A stretch of DNA of 24,807 bases from positions 1 to 24,807 of the forward strand of contig JBNJGP010000040.1 in the NCBI GenBank assembly GCA_051747805.1, read 5' to 3'. Positions within the stretch are counted from its first letter, which is position 1; each line of letters starts with the position of its first letter. The position numbers and the translations under genes are program-made. Positions 17,001-24,807 of this stretch are shown here, piece by piece. The notes below the pieces were generated by a model. That model searched no databases. It was not told the DNA's origin and saw only the letters and a program-made list of their open reading frames with translations. The DNA comes from Candidatus Muiribacteriota bacterium. Lineage in GTDB: Bacteria > Muiribacteriota > Muiribacteriia > Muiribacteriales > Muiribacteriaceae.

Positions 17001-17469
17001 TATCAGACACATCTTTTTTTACTTTAAAATTAAACATTGTTTTAGATTCAAAAGCATTTTCATTTAGAATTTTCTTGCAGAAACCATGAATTGTAAAAAT
17101 AGCCGCCTCATCAAATGAAAGCACAGCCAGATTTAAATATTTAATAGATTTTTTTTTATTTTGGAGTTTTTCATATATTTTTAAAAGCTGTTCATTTTCA
17201 GAATCGTCTGTTTCAACTGAATTATTATTTTGTAAAATCTTATTAAATAAACCCAGAGCTTTTTTTAATTTTTTCATTATTCTATCTTTAAGTTCGCCAG
17301 TTGCCGCATCAGTAAATGTAACAACCAGAATTTCAGATGGTTTATAGAATTGTTCAACAATTAGTCTAAGATATATTCCGGCAATATTATAAGTTTTGCC
17401 GGTTCCTGCGGAAGCCTCAATTAAATTAACTTTTCCCAGCTTGGTTTTAATTAAATCAAAATTTTCCAT
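13978..17469 (-). CDS. recB: Exodeoxyribonuclease V beta subunit RecB
   Basis: IEASAGTGKT, VTFT, TIHGFC, IDEFQDTD, IGDPKQSIYRFRGAD, TLHKSKGLQF, RLFYVGLTRA; nuclease motif GFADLIF...VDWKSN. Start taken at 17469 (14-nt overlap with recC) rather than 17529. Confidence 0.95.
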   Translation of the reverse strand: MENFDLIKTKLGKVNLIEASAGTGKTYNIAGIYLRLIVEQFYKPSEILVVTFTDAATGELKDRIMKKLKKALGLFNKILQNNNSVETDDSENEQLLKIYEKLQNKKKSIKYLNLAVLSFDEAAIFTIHGFCKKILNENAFESKTMFNFKVKKDVSDILYDLVLDYFRKNFMTESLEFIQFLQNSDLFKQDSIMQLTSQVINNPKSIVVPDYDDISWNYVEKGSTQIASEFKSLKNLYFKNKEDIIKILNFDGLSKSKIKSKKITEYIDGFDELIKNCDIFNALEVSKYKYFSLSYLRGALKKNFKEEQIYHKFFEVFEDFLQKVSEFKELIQKFFILQKKRIIDFVRQKIDIERKKISFFTFSDLLKDTWKAVNSDDRRLINVVRKKFKAALIDEFQDTDTVQYEIFKKLFFENKDKISFMIGDPKQSIYRFRGADIYSYLKAKKLADNKFTLNCNYRSCSKLLTAFNTLFSHKDNLFKNTNINYEKVSSGCDNYEYNRRGKPLEIVHVKTQQKKPNKEDFLKIIFNHVSYSILNILNNSEIIKPDNITVLVKTNQECERVKNSLAELGIPSVVSSTSDIFRTEEAKELFYLLKVILEPSNISYLGLALSTCYLNKTPAQIKHILDDDNENIISDFQQKFKEINDNFFKKGFASAVELMNNKFEIYSNLLQFEDSERKITNYRHLIELIQEGTLSNNNSLESIIKWIHEQIFDDIKKSDSSQKELRLESDEKAVKILTLHKSKGLQFDVVFCPSFIARTKKNSPDFSRYHDSNIDDEIVINISGDEFDKQQKEEEEEEMRLFYVGLTRAVKKCVLYLPDYKISDKSPMGYILGDSKNILNELKKIAEKSENTIGITSIDETFSIDGQKKYEKKYNFKLNMPQIDSYKINNLFKIHSYSSLTKSSSENILFDFYGEDEVNRESFIEFDSVINQDVFNIPKGANTGNFFHQILEEIPFNIEDNVLKEEVSEKSFEYQIDSKWHNPSIDVIKNVLNTNLFSDNSSFKLKNIPLKDRLSEPQFYMACDKLNSDILIKKIKNIFSRNLLKDVNLNFKEFEGFLTGFADLIFRYKDKYYIVDWKSNYLGNSVKFYSPQRLKEDIIKNKYFVQIYIYSQALHYYLEKKLPNYNYNSNFGGVFYIYLRGVTNNPDDIYGKYFKKIDKKFFQ

Positions 17470-20400
17470 AAATTTGTTCAAATCCCTGTAAAATATTTTC
17501 TGCAGTTTGGACAAAATCCTCTGAATCAATTAATGCTTTCTGATGTTTAAATAAGAAATTCACATACGGATTATCTTTATCCCCCGGAATATTCAAATAA
17601 GAATTTCCAAACCATTTTTTATAGGCATTATTTTTTCCTATTAAAACAGCCTCCTTTAATTCTTTCCCTTTTTGAATATTTTTTAATTTTTCACAGTAAT
17701 ATGCCATACTTGAATCTGGAAAAAATTTAAGTGGAGAACTACTACCCTTTAAAAAATATGTAATAAGATTTTTGAGTATTTCTTTTGCATTATTAATTTT
17801 ATCAAATTCTTTAACTTCTTTATTTGAAACAAAAAAAGATTTTGGAGTAATTCCGTCAATATCATCCGATATAACATTGAGCAGCACATGATTTAACCAT
17901 ATTTTAATTATTGTTGAAGCATAAATTGAGGCAGGATAATAATTGACAAGTCCCATATTTTGAAAGTAATTATTTAACTTAATATAAAATTTAAATCCAT
18001 CAAAATCAATTTCATGTTCAATAATTTTTTCTTTTTTGTCACAAATCAAATTATAAACACTATTATAAAAATCATCTGAATTTTTTAAAATTTTTTCTTT
18101 TTCTATTTCACCAAAACCAAGCGGTGGTAAGCTATAATTTAATTCTTTGTTCAGAGCAGCAGATTTAGTAATATCTGAGTTACTCAACATAATATCTGTG
18201 TATTTTTTAATGAATTTATGTTTTTTTGACAACTTGAAACTTTCATTATCATCAAATACTTCATCGGACTCTTTCAAAAAAATACCCATGATTTTTTCAA
18301 CAAAAAATCTCGAGGGAGAATAGTAGAAACTTTCTAAATCATTATTTGTAATTAAAGAATTTTCCTTTTTCTGCTCCAGCGGCTTTTTGCATTCAAAACT
18401 AAACTTATCTTTATTTTCAAATGTATTGTTTGCTATTTTGTTTGCTATTTTATAGTACTTTTTAGAATATGATTTAAAATTTGCGTTTTCTTTGAAATAT
18501 TCTGGATTAAATGGTTGCATTTTATGTTTAAAAAATATTTTATTTAAAATTTCCTTATTACTTTCAAGTTTGTAATATTTATCTATATAATCGGATAATG
18601 ATGTAACAGTTATTGCAGCAACTTTTTCAGAATTATCCTTATAATCAATACCATCATAAGTTAATATAAAATAATCCTGAGCAGAAAGAAGTGCTTCAAG
18701 AAAAAGATATTTATCACTTTCTCTGGAGTTTCTATCCCCAAATCGTCGCGAAACCGACATTAAATCAAAGTTAACAATTGTTGGTTTTCTAGGAAAAGTA
18801 TCATTATTCATACCAAGAAGGCAAACAACCTTAAAAGGAATACTCCTCATGGGAAGCATTGATGAAAAAGTAATACCACCTGATAAAAAACCCCTTTCTA
18901 TTTTTTCAACACCAACTCTATCCTCAACAAACTGCCTGAAAACATTATATGAAATATTAAAATCAGGTTTATTATTCTTTTCAGATAACTGCTTAAGAGA
19001 AATAAGAAATTTATTTAAATAATTTTTTTCTTTTTCAAACGAAGAATTTTGAACAAATAAGAAATCAAAACAATTTAAAACAGAATCTATCCATTCAGAT
19101 AAAGTTTTTTCATGCTCTATCATATTTTTTAAAATTTTAAAATTTGAAACTAACTCTGCAATAAAACCTAGCACCCTTGAACTAGTTCCTTCTATTTCGT
19201 CATAAGGAAATATTTGCAAAAATTGCTTATTTTTTTCATTCATTGCATAACCTGCAAACATTCGATTTAAACCTTGCTCAAAAGAAAAATCTTCATAAGA
19301 AACGTCAACAACTTCCTTTCTATGATAATTATCAGCTCCCCATCTGATATTAGTTTCAAAAATCCACTTTTTAATATACTCAATATCATTTTTAGAAATT
19401 CCGAAACATTCAACAATAACCTCATCAGTAATAATTTTTAAAAAATCATTAATTTTAAATCTTGAGCCTGCAAATTCTAGCATGAAAAGAAATAGAGAAA
19501 TAACTTTACTTTCACGGCTTAAAGTATTATCTGAAACAGAATAATTCAAATAATAGTCATCATGTTCGTCTTTTGAAAAAACACCGTGTATATAAGGAGT
19601 ATATTCTTCAATATCCGGCGCCATAACAATTATATCAGAAGTAGAAATATCCTGGTTTTCAGTAATTATATTTAAAACAGTGTTTTTGATTATTTCAAGT
19701 TCTCTAACCTTACCATGGCAGGCATGAATTTGAATAGAATTATCTTTATCATTAATTGTCTGCTTTTGGATTTTTTCGCTTAAAAAAGTAATATCAGTCT
19801 TGATATATTCAAGCAATGTATTTTTTGAATTTTCTTTTAAAAAATATTTCTCTACCTGATGAAAATCAAAATAGTTAAGAATATTAAATAAATCTTGGCC
19901 AACCTTTCCTAAAAAAACAAGAAGTTCATTACCCTCTTCATAATGTAGAAGTTCAGCTGGTATGTCTGTATCATCATATTTATTTTCCTCTTTCGCCTTA
20001 ACTTTAGGTGATTTTAAATCACCCCAGTATTCTTTACAGGGATTTAAAAAAAATAGATTAACCTGTGCAAATTCAGAAAATTTATTTAAAATATTAATAT
20101 AATACGGCGGAAGACTGGAAATCCCGAAAATTGAAATTCTCTCCGGAAGCAGGGTATCATCCTTAATTTCAAATTCATTAATAAACTTCTCATAATAATC
20201 AGCCCTTGTAAATAAACCCTCAGTTACAGCGTTAAATAGTTTCATCTGCCATTTTTCATCTAAATTGTTCTTAAAAAAAAGTTCGTTATTTTTCCAGCAT
20301 TTGATAATATCAGGCCTGTAAATAATATATTGATCAAATAAATAACCTATTTTAGTGCTTAAATTATAAAGCTTTATTCCAAAATCCTCCTCATCACCAA

Positions 20401-20755
20401 GATAATTTTTGATAGAAAAAAAATCAGATTCATTTTCTATTAAATAAGGAAGCTTTTGCATAATCAACAGCAGAATATTATCTGCGGATAAGAATTTTTG
20501 CTTATTTTCTTTTAACTTAACACCGGTATTTTCAAGCAGCTCATTTAAGAAATTTCCGGGAAAAATAAAATCAACATTAAAACAGACTTTCTTTTTTTTT
20601 GCTAGTTTTAACTGTAACCACTTGGCCATACCAGCAGATTGAACAATTATTTTTTCCTTTTGAAAAGGGTCGTTTTGAGTTGAATAAATAATATTTATTA
20701 AATACTCTGAAAGTATATTCTGACTATTTGATAAGAAAACATTAAAATTATTCAT
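17456..20755 (-). CDS. recC: Exodeoxyribonuclease V gamma subunit RecC
   Basis: DPFQKEKIIVQSAGMAKWL, FDQYIIYRP, FGISSLPP, NPCKEYWGD, IHACHGKVRELE, DIIVMAPDIEEY, IRWG, PMRSIPFKVVCLLGMN, DKYLFLEALLSA. Confidence 0.95.
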   Translation of the reverse strand: MNNFNVFLSNSQNILSEYLINIIYSTQNDPFQKEKIIVQSAGMAKWLQLKLAKKKKVCFNVDFIFPGNFLNELLENTGVKLKENKQKFLSADNILLLIMQKLPYLIENESDFFSIKNYLGDEEDFGIKLYNLSTKIGYLFDQYIIYRPDIIKCWKNNELFFKNNLDEKWQMKLFNAVTEGLFTRADYYEKFINEFEIKDDTLLPERISIFGISSLPPYYINILNKFSEFAQVNLFFLNPCKEYWGDLKSPKVKAKEENKYDDTDIPAELLHYEEGNELLVFLGKVGQDLFNILNYFDFHQVEKYFLKENSKNTLLEYIKTDITFLSEKIQKQTINDKDNSIQIHACHGKVRELEIIKNTVLNIITENQDISTSDIIVMAPDIEEYTPYIHGVFSKDEHDDYYLNYSVSDNTLSRESKVISLFLFMLEFAGSRFKINDFLKIITDEVIVECFGISKNDIEYIKKWIFETNIRWGADNYHRKEVVDVSYEDFSFEQGLNRMFAGYAMNEKNKQFLQIFPYDEIEGTSSRVLGFIAELVSNFKILKNMIEHEKTLSEWIDSVLNCFDFLFVQNSSFEKEKNYLNKFLISLKQLSEKNNKPDFNISYNVFRQFVEDRVGVEKIERGFLSGGITFSSMLPMRSIPFKVVCLLGMNNDTFPRKPTIVNFDLMSVSRRFGDRNSRESDKYLFLEALLSAQDYFILTYDGIDYKDNSEKVAAITVTSLSDYIDKYYKLESNKEILNKIFFKHKMQPFNPEYFKENANFKSYSKKYYKIANKIANNTFENKDKFSFECKKPLEQKKENSLITNNDLESFYYSPSRFFVEKIMGIFLKESDEVFDDNESFKLSKKHKFIKKYTDIMLSNSDITKSAALNKELNYSLPPLGFGEIEKEKILKNSDDFYNSVYNLICDKKEKIIEHEIDFDGFKFYIKLNNYFQNMGLVNYYPASIYASTIIKIWLNHVLLNVISDDIDGITPKSFFVSNKEVKEFDKINNAKEILKNLITYFLKGSSSPLKFFPDSSMAYYCEKLKNIQKGKELKEAVLIGKNNAYKKWFGNSYLNIPGDKDNPYVNFLFKHQKALIDSEDFVQTAENILQGFEQIYGKF

Positions 20756-20763
20756 TTAAGCAT

Positions 20764-20792
20764 ATAGTATATTCATATTTAAAAAAAATCAA
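20764..20792 (-). promoter_or_regulatory. Probable recC promoter, near-leaderless
   Basis: TTGATT (20792-20787), 17 nt, TACTAT (20769-20764), 8 nt, ATG (20755). No SD. Confidence 0.5.
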
Positions 20793-20813
20793 GACTTTAA
20801 TCCAATATCCCCC

Positions 20814-21653
20814 TCACCTGATAATATTAATATTATTATTAACTTCTTCATATTTTAAATTAATAGCATCAAAAAGGTTAATTAAAACGTTTTTTCTATT
20901 ACTTAAATTAGATAAAGTTAAATTACATTCAGAAAAAGAAAAATTCTTATATAATTCATTGAGAGGTGTATTATCAGGAACCTCAAATAAAAGCTCTCCT
21001 TCAATATCCATAACACTACTGTAAGTTTCTACATCCTTAAAAAAAAATTTATTTTCATCACAAATTAAATTAAAAGAAAATTGAGCAAACCCAATATTTG
21101 AAAAATCAATAAAATCAGGTGGAATAAACATAGTAGCCATTGGCGGAATAACTCTGGAAAAATCCGCCTCAGCCGCTTTTAAATTCAAAATCAAACTGGC
21201 AAATAAAAAAATATTTTCAGAATCAACATCCCCAGAATATTTCAGCTCAACCTTATCAGCATGCAAAGTAATATAATCCTCTAAATAAATATTTAGAAAT
21301 CTAATATCTATATTTAATTTACTTAAATTAAGAATATCATAAAACTCAATAAACTCTCTATCACGCAATTTATATAAATCTGTATAACAAAAGTTTATAA
21401 TAATATCTGCAGTCTGAATAACTTCTTTACCCTGTAAATTTTTTATCTTGAAATTTTTAAACTGAAGCTCTCTGGAAAATAAATCAAAATCAACACCTGT
21501 AATAATATTTAAATCGCTATTTTCATTATAATAATCAATTTCATTTAAAATAGCCATAGAAATATTATTTTCAAACCAGAACATGCTTATAGCAGTAAAA
21601 AACAAAATTAAAGCAATAACTAAAGTTAATATTCCAAATTTATAATTTTTCAA
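20814..21653 (-). CDS. Hypothetical membrane-anchored, beta-rich envelope protein
   Basis: TTG start with GAGGAAGG SD-like sequence, N-terminal TM helix, then alternating beta-strand patterns. Confidence 0.7.
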   Translation of the reverse strand: MKNYKFGILTLVIALILFFTAISMFWFENNISMAILNEIDYYNENSDLNIITGVDFDLFSRELQFKNFKIKNLQGKEVIQTADIIINFCYTDLYKLRDREFIEFYDILNLSKLNIDIRFLNIYLEDYITLHADKVELKYSGDVDSENIFLFASLILNLKAAEADFSRVIPPMATMFIPPDFIDFSNIGFAQFSFNLICDENKFFFKDVETYSSVMDIEGELLFEVPDNTPLNELYKNFSFSECNLTLSNLSNRKNVLINLFDAINLKYEEVNNNINIIR

Positions 21654-21801
21654 AAATAACCTTCCTCAAACAAAAAATATTTTTATTTTAGATATATATT
21701 AACAGAAAATATATTTTTTTTATAATTTTTCCGAATCAGTGAGTAATTGAATTTCATCTAAAAATATAATAGAAAAAAATTTGGGCAACACCGGTTTCGT
21801 T

Positions 21802-22659
21802 TCATTCTTCGTCTTTTCTGTTTAACAATTCGTTTATTTTATTTATGCCTTTTACAAACTCTTTTTTTAATTCTTTTCCTTCTTTATAAATTTCATCTTT
21901 AATTTCACTTCCAAATGTTTCTTTTTTAGCTTTTATTTCCTCTAAAATTGTATTTGTTTTTTCTGAGATATCTTTTTTAAAATCTGAAACTTTACTAGAC
22001 ATATCTTCGTCTATGAATTTTTTTACATAATTATTCCACTCTTTGAAACTTTCATCAAATCCTTTTCTTGTGGCTGTCATTTTTTCTGCAATTTTCATTA
22101 ATTTTATGGGAATATTTACAATATTCTGTTTGTAGAGAGGAACATTATAAACTTTAACTTTATATGGAACCCCTTTTAATTTAAATGAGCCTATTTCCTC
22201 TGTGAAAATTTCGTTTCTGTTAATTAGTAGATTTGTTGACTGGCTTATTCCAACTTTTCCCCCATCAAAGCAGTCTAATCCTTCCATCCGGGCGGCTATA
22301 TTAACACCTTCACCAAATACATCATTATCTTCAATAGCAACATCACCGGTATTTATAACAACCCTTAAATTCAATTTTTTTTCTTCTACTGGTTGATTAT
22401 TATTATATTCATTTAAAATAAGCTGTATAACAATTCCGCATACTACAGCATCTGTAGCACTTTCGAAAGTAACAAGAAATGAATCGCCAATTGTTTTAAT
22501 AATATTTCCGCCGTAAAAGTTTATTATGGGCTGCATAAGTTTATTATGCCTTTTAATAAGTTCAATTATTTCTTCTCTTGAAAAAGCTGAACTGGTTGTT
22601 GTATAACCCTGAATGTCGGTAAACATAACTGAAAGGTTTTTTGATTTCTGTTTTTTCAT
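21802..22659 (-). CDS. Class III adenylate/guanylate cyclase (adenylate-type signature) with charged helical C-terminal tail
   Basis: MFTDIQGYT, IKTIGDSFL, GDV...DVFGEGVNIAARME, LKGV. Start moved to 22659 because GGAG lies upstream of it. Confidence 0.9.
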   Translation of the reverse strand: MKKQKSKNLSVMFTDIQGYTTTSSAFSREEIIELIKRHNKLMQPIINFYGGNIIKTIGDSFLVTFESATDAVVCGIVIQLILNEYNNNQPVEEKKLNLRVVINTGDVAIEDNDVFGEGVNIAARMEGLDCFDGGKVGISQSTNLLINRNEIFTEEIGSFKLKGVPYKVKVYNVPLYKQNIVNIPIKLMKIAEKMTATRKGFDESFKEWNNYVKKFIDEDMSSKVSDFKKDISEKTNTILEEIKAKKETFGSEIKDEIYKEGKELKKEFVKGINKINELLNRKDEE

Positions 22660-22685
22660 TTTAATACACTCCATTAAATTACGGT

Positions 22686-23318
22686 TTATATTCCCCAGTA
22701 TCCGTTCATTCCAAATTGAATAAGCTCGTTTGTATTAATATCAACTAATATAATACTTTGGTGATTAAGTCCTGTTGAATTTTCTTCACCAATATTTGTG
22801 AATTTAAAAATGGCGATTGTTTCTGTTTTTTCTATAATTAAATCTGTAATTATTTGAAACTTTTTATTTAGTAATTCTGAATTCATATAACCAAAATTAT
22901 GATTAAAAAAATCATTGAACAGTTCAAGAAATAATAATTCATCTAAAGCTATAATTTCTGTTATATCCTCATAATTCATCATTAAATCCCTTTTTTCAAA
23001 ATCACTGGAAAAAATTTCTAAATTTCCCATTTCAATTTCTGTTTCAATAAACTCAAATAATATACTGCCATAAGAATATCTGGGAATATTTTCAAGATAT
23101 TTATAGGATTTTAAAAAATATTTATAATTACAGTAAAAAAATTTATTATCTGGAACACCCTCTGATTGCAATGCTAATATATTATCAGATACATTTAACA
23201 GAACTTCACTTTCGATTTCATTTACTTCAATCCGGGTGAAAGTTTCAGGTTGTTGTAAAGCAGATGTAATTAAACTTAAAACAAAAAAAATGCTTAATAA
23301 AAAAGCTAGTTTTTTCAT
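22686..23318 (-). CDS. Hypothetical exported acidic protein
   Basis: Signal peptide MKKLAFLLSIFFVLSLITSA, GGAGG SD, no recognised domain. Confidence 0.75.
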   Translation of the reverse strand: MKKLAFLLSIFFVLSLITSALQQPETFTRIEVNEIESEVLLNVSDNILALQSEGVPDNKFFYCNYKYFLKSYKYLENIPRYSYGSILFEFIETEIEMGNLEIFSSDFEKRDLMMNYEDITEIIALDELLFLELFNDFFNHNFGYMNSELLNKKFQIITDLIIEKTETIAIFKFTNIGEENSTGLNHQSIILVDINTNELIQFGMNGYWGI

Positions 23319-23349
23319 AAACCCTCCGATTATTAAAAAGTATATAATT

Positions 23350-23378
23350 ATTATACATTTTTATAATCCTTTATACAA
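23350..23378 (-). promoter_or_regulatory. sigma70 promoter for the exported protein-cyclase unit
   Basis: TTGTAT (23378-23373), 17 nt, TATAAT (23355-23350). Confidence 0.55.
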
Positions 23379-23381
23379 TCT

Positions 23382-24731
23382 TTATTTATTAAAATATTCA
23401 AAATCCTTTTTTACCTGTCTGCCGTAATTTAAGCCTATTTCAGATATAATAGTGTTAAATTTTGTAATATTTTCAATTTCTTTTAATGCTGTTTCTCTGA
23501 AATCATAATTCAAGGCAACGCTTGAACGCATATGTCCATAAGCTGCGACTTTAGCTGAATATATCACAAAATTTTCTAAATCTTTATAATTATTAAAATC
23601 TTTTCCATCAAATCCATATTTAAAAGGTGAAATTTTTTTTATACTATATGAGGTTTTTCCTGCCTTAAAAGCTCCATAATGTGGTTCTGGCTTTTGAAGC
23701 ATCAAATAATGTGCTATATTAACTCTTTCAGCATCATAATTAAAAAGTTGATTATATACTTCTACCTGAATTTCAGGATTTAATAATAATGATGAGTATC
23801 TCTGTTCTTTTATCTCCAAAATAATATCATCCTCATCGTTTAAAGTTTCTCCTTCAATAAGAACATAGTATTTTTTTAAGCCCTGACTTCCCAGTCCCGA
23901 ACGTAATCTCTTTGCAATTGATTTAATGGTAAAATGTACATCGCTTACCATAAAAAAGAAATCAGATATATTATCAAGATAATCATCAAATCCACTTTTT
24001 ATAATAGATTTTTCGGTTTCAGAGACTGGTTTTAATTTCTTTTTATCAAAATCAAATATTCTTTTATTATCTGAAATTACGGTCCACTTATCCATAAGTT
24101 TTTCTTGAGTTTTATTTTCTAATACATCTTCCATTGTATTCAGTATAAAGCCACTTGCATTATTTAAATTTATTTCCTGAACTTTATCTTTTTTCAAACT
24201 ATTGTGATACTGTGTTAAAAATGTCTGAACTAAATTATTTAATTTTTGGTCATTTAAATTAAATCCAACCTTATTTTTTAATAATTCCAGGCTCGCCACA
24301 TACCTTATAAGTTCCCAGTAAAAAGGTCCAATAAAAGCTTCATCAAAATCATTTAATCCAAAAATAATTTCTTTTGAATTATTCTCAAAAAAACCCAGAT
24401 TCTGAGTATGTAAGTCACCAGTTATCCATATGTTAATGTTAGATAAATTTTTTAATTCGGCGGGTATTGGAATTATTCCGTTTGATAAATCTTTAAAATA
24501 CAAATGCGCCGTACCTCTGTAAAATGAAAATGGCGATTCTTTCATAGCATTTAATTTATAATTAAAAACATCTTTGTCTTGAATAAATGAATTAAATTTT
24601 TCTATTTGATTAATCACATATTTATCTCTGGATAAAGTTGAATAATGCATTTTAACACATAAATTTGATGCATTTGCTGTTAAAAATACAAAAATAAGAA
24701 TTGTTATAGTTAATAATTTATTAATTTTCAT
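23382..24731 (-). CDS. DUF2252 family (kinase-like fold) protein with N-terminal signal peptide
   Basis: MKESPFSFYRGTA, GDLHTQNLG, NDFDEA, GLGSQG..YYVL, LEIKE, AYGHMRS. GGAGG SD. Confidence 0.85.
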   Translation of the reverse strand: MKINKLLTITILIFVFLTANASNLCVKMHYSTLSRDKYVINQIEKFNSFIQDKDVFNYKLNAMKESPFSFYRGTAHLYFKDLSNGIIPIPAELKNLSNINIWITGDLHTQNLGFFENNSKEIIFGLNDFDEAFIGPFYWELIRYVASLELLKNKVGFNLNDQKLNNLVQTFLTQYHNSLKKDKVQEINLNNASGFILNTMEDVLENKTQEKLMDKWTVISDNKRIFDFDKKKLKPVSETEKSIIKSGFDDYLDNISDFFFMVSDVHFTIKSIAKRLRSGLGSQGLKKYYVLIEGETLNDEDDIILEIKEQRYSSLLLNPEIQVEVYNQLFNYDAERVNIAHYLMLQKPEPHYGAFKAGKTSYSIKKISPFKYGFDGKDFNNYKDLENFVIYSAKVAAYGHMRSSVALNYDFRETALKEIENITKFNTIISEIGLNYGRQVKKDFEYFNK

Positions 24732-24807
24732 ATTTCCTCCAAGTTTATTTTGAATTAATTACTTGAGTTTAGCAAAAAATAGAAATTTTAACCTGTAGAC
24801 ACTTAAA

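Noticed and set aside
21802..22659. Pycsar/CBASS-type anti-phage cyclase
   Set aside because: The specificity residues are the ordinary adenylate type, and no cyclic-nucleotide-binding, TIR or similar effector is recognisable next to it.
491..23427. Short ORFs in the track nested in or antisense to long genes (491, 1670, 2313, 6241, 6954, 9966, 10373, 10646, 13654, 14527, 16628, 22202, 23236)
   Set aside because: Shadow frames of well-supported genes with no recognisable motifs.

Overview
AT-rich bacterial chromosomal segment in the standard genetic code, densely coding, with no rRNA, tRNA, CRISPR or transposase genes seen. From left to right it carries: a KamA-family radical-SAM aminomutase with glutamate-2,3-aminomutase-type active-site residues, convergent with a radical-SAM protein that has two SPASM-like Cys clusters; a MATE exporter; two tandem paralogous ~95-aa all-helical proteins (phasin-like) whose promoter carries four PhaR-box-like TGC-N3-GC motifs; a LeuT-like NSS transporter followed by an unannotated 30-aa MetS-like small subunit; an ABC-2 exporter operon; msrA and an AIM24/TIGR00266 gene; a 181-bp non-coding element bounded by perfect 26-bp inverted repeats (MITE/REP-like) that supplies the C-terminus of the neighbouring gene; an ABC ATPase/permease/TPR-like operon; recB and recC with no adjacent recD; and a right-hand block with a membrane-anchored hypothetical, a class III adenylate cyclase, an exported hypothetical and a signal-peptide-bearing DUF2252 kinase-like protein. 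Several sigma70 promoters can be read directly, and two place +1 on the ATG (leaderless genes). The most promising under-described items are the phasin-like pair with PhaR-like boxes, the inverted-repeat element, the NSS/small-subunit pair with a rewired acidic network, and the leaderless promoter plus 16-bp duplication at the spot where recD would be expected. All family assignments come from motif recognition by eye, not from database searches.
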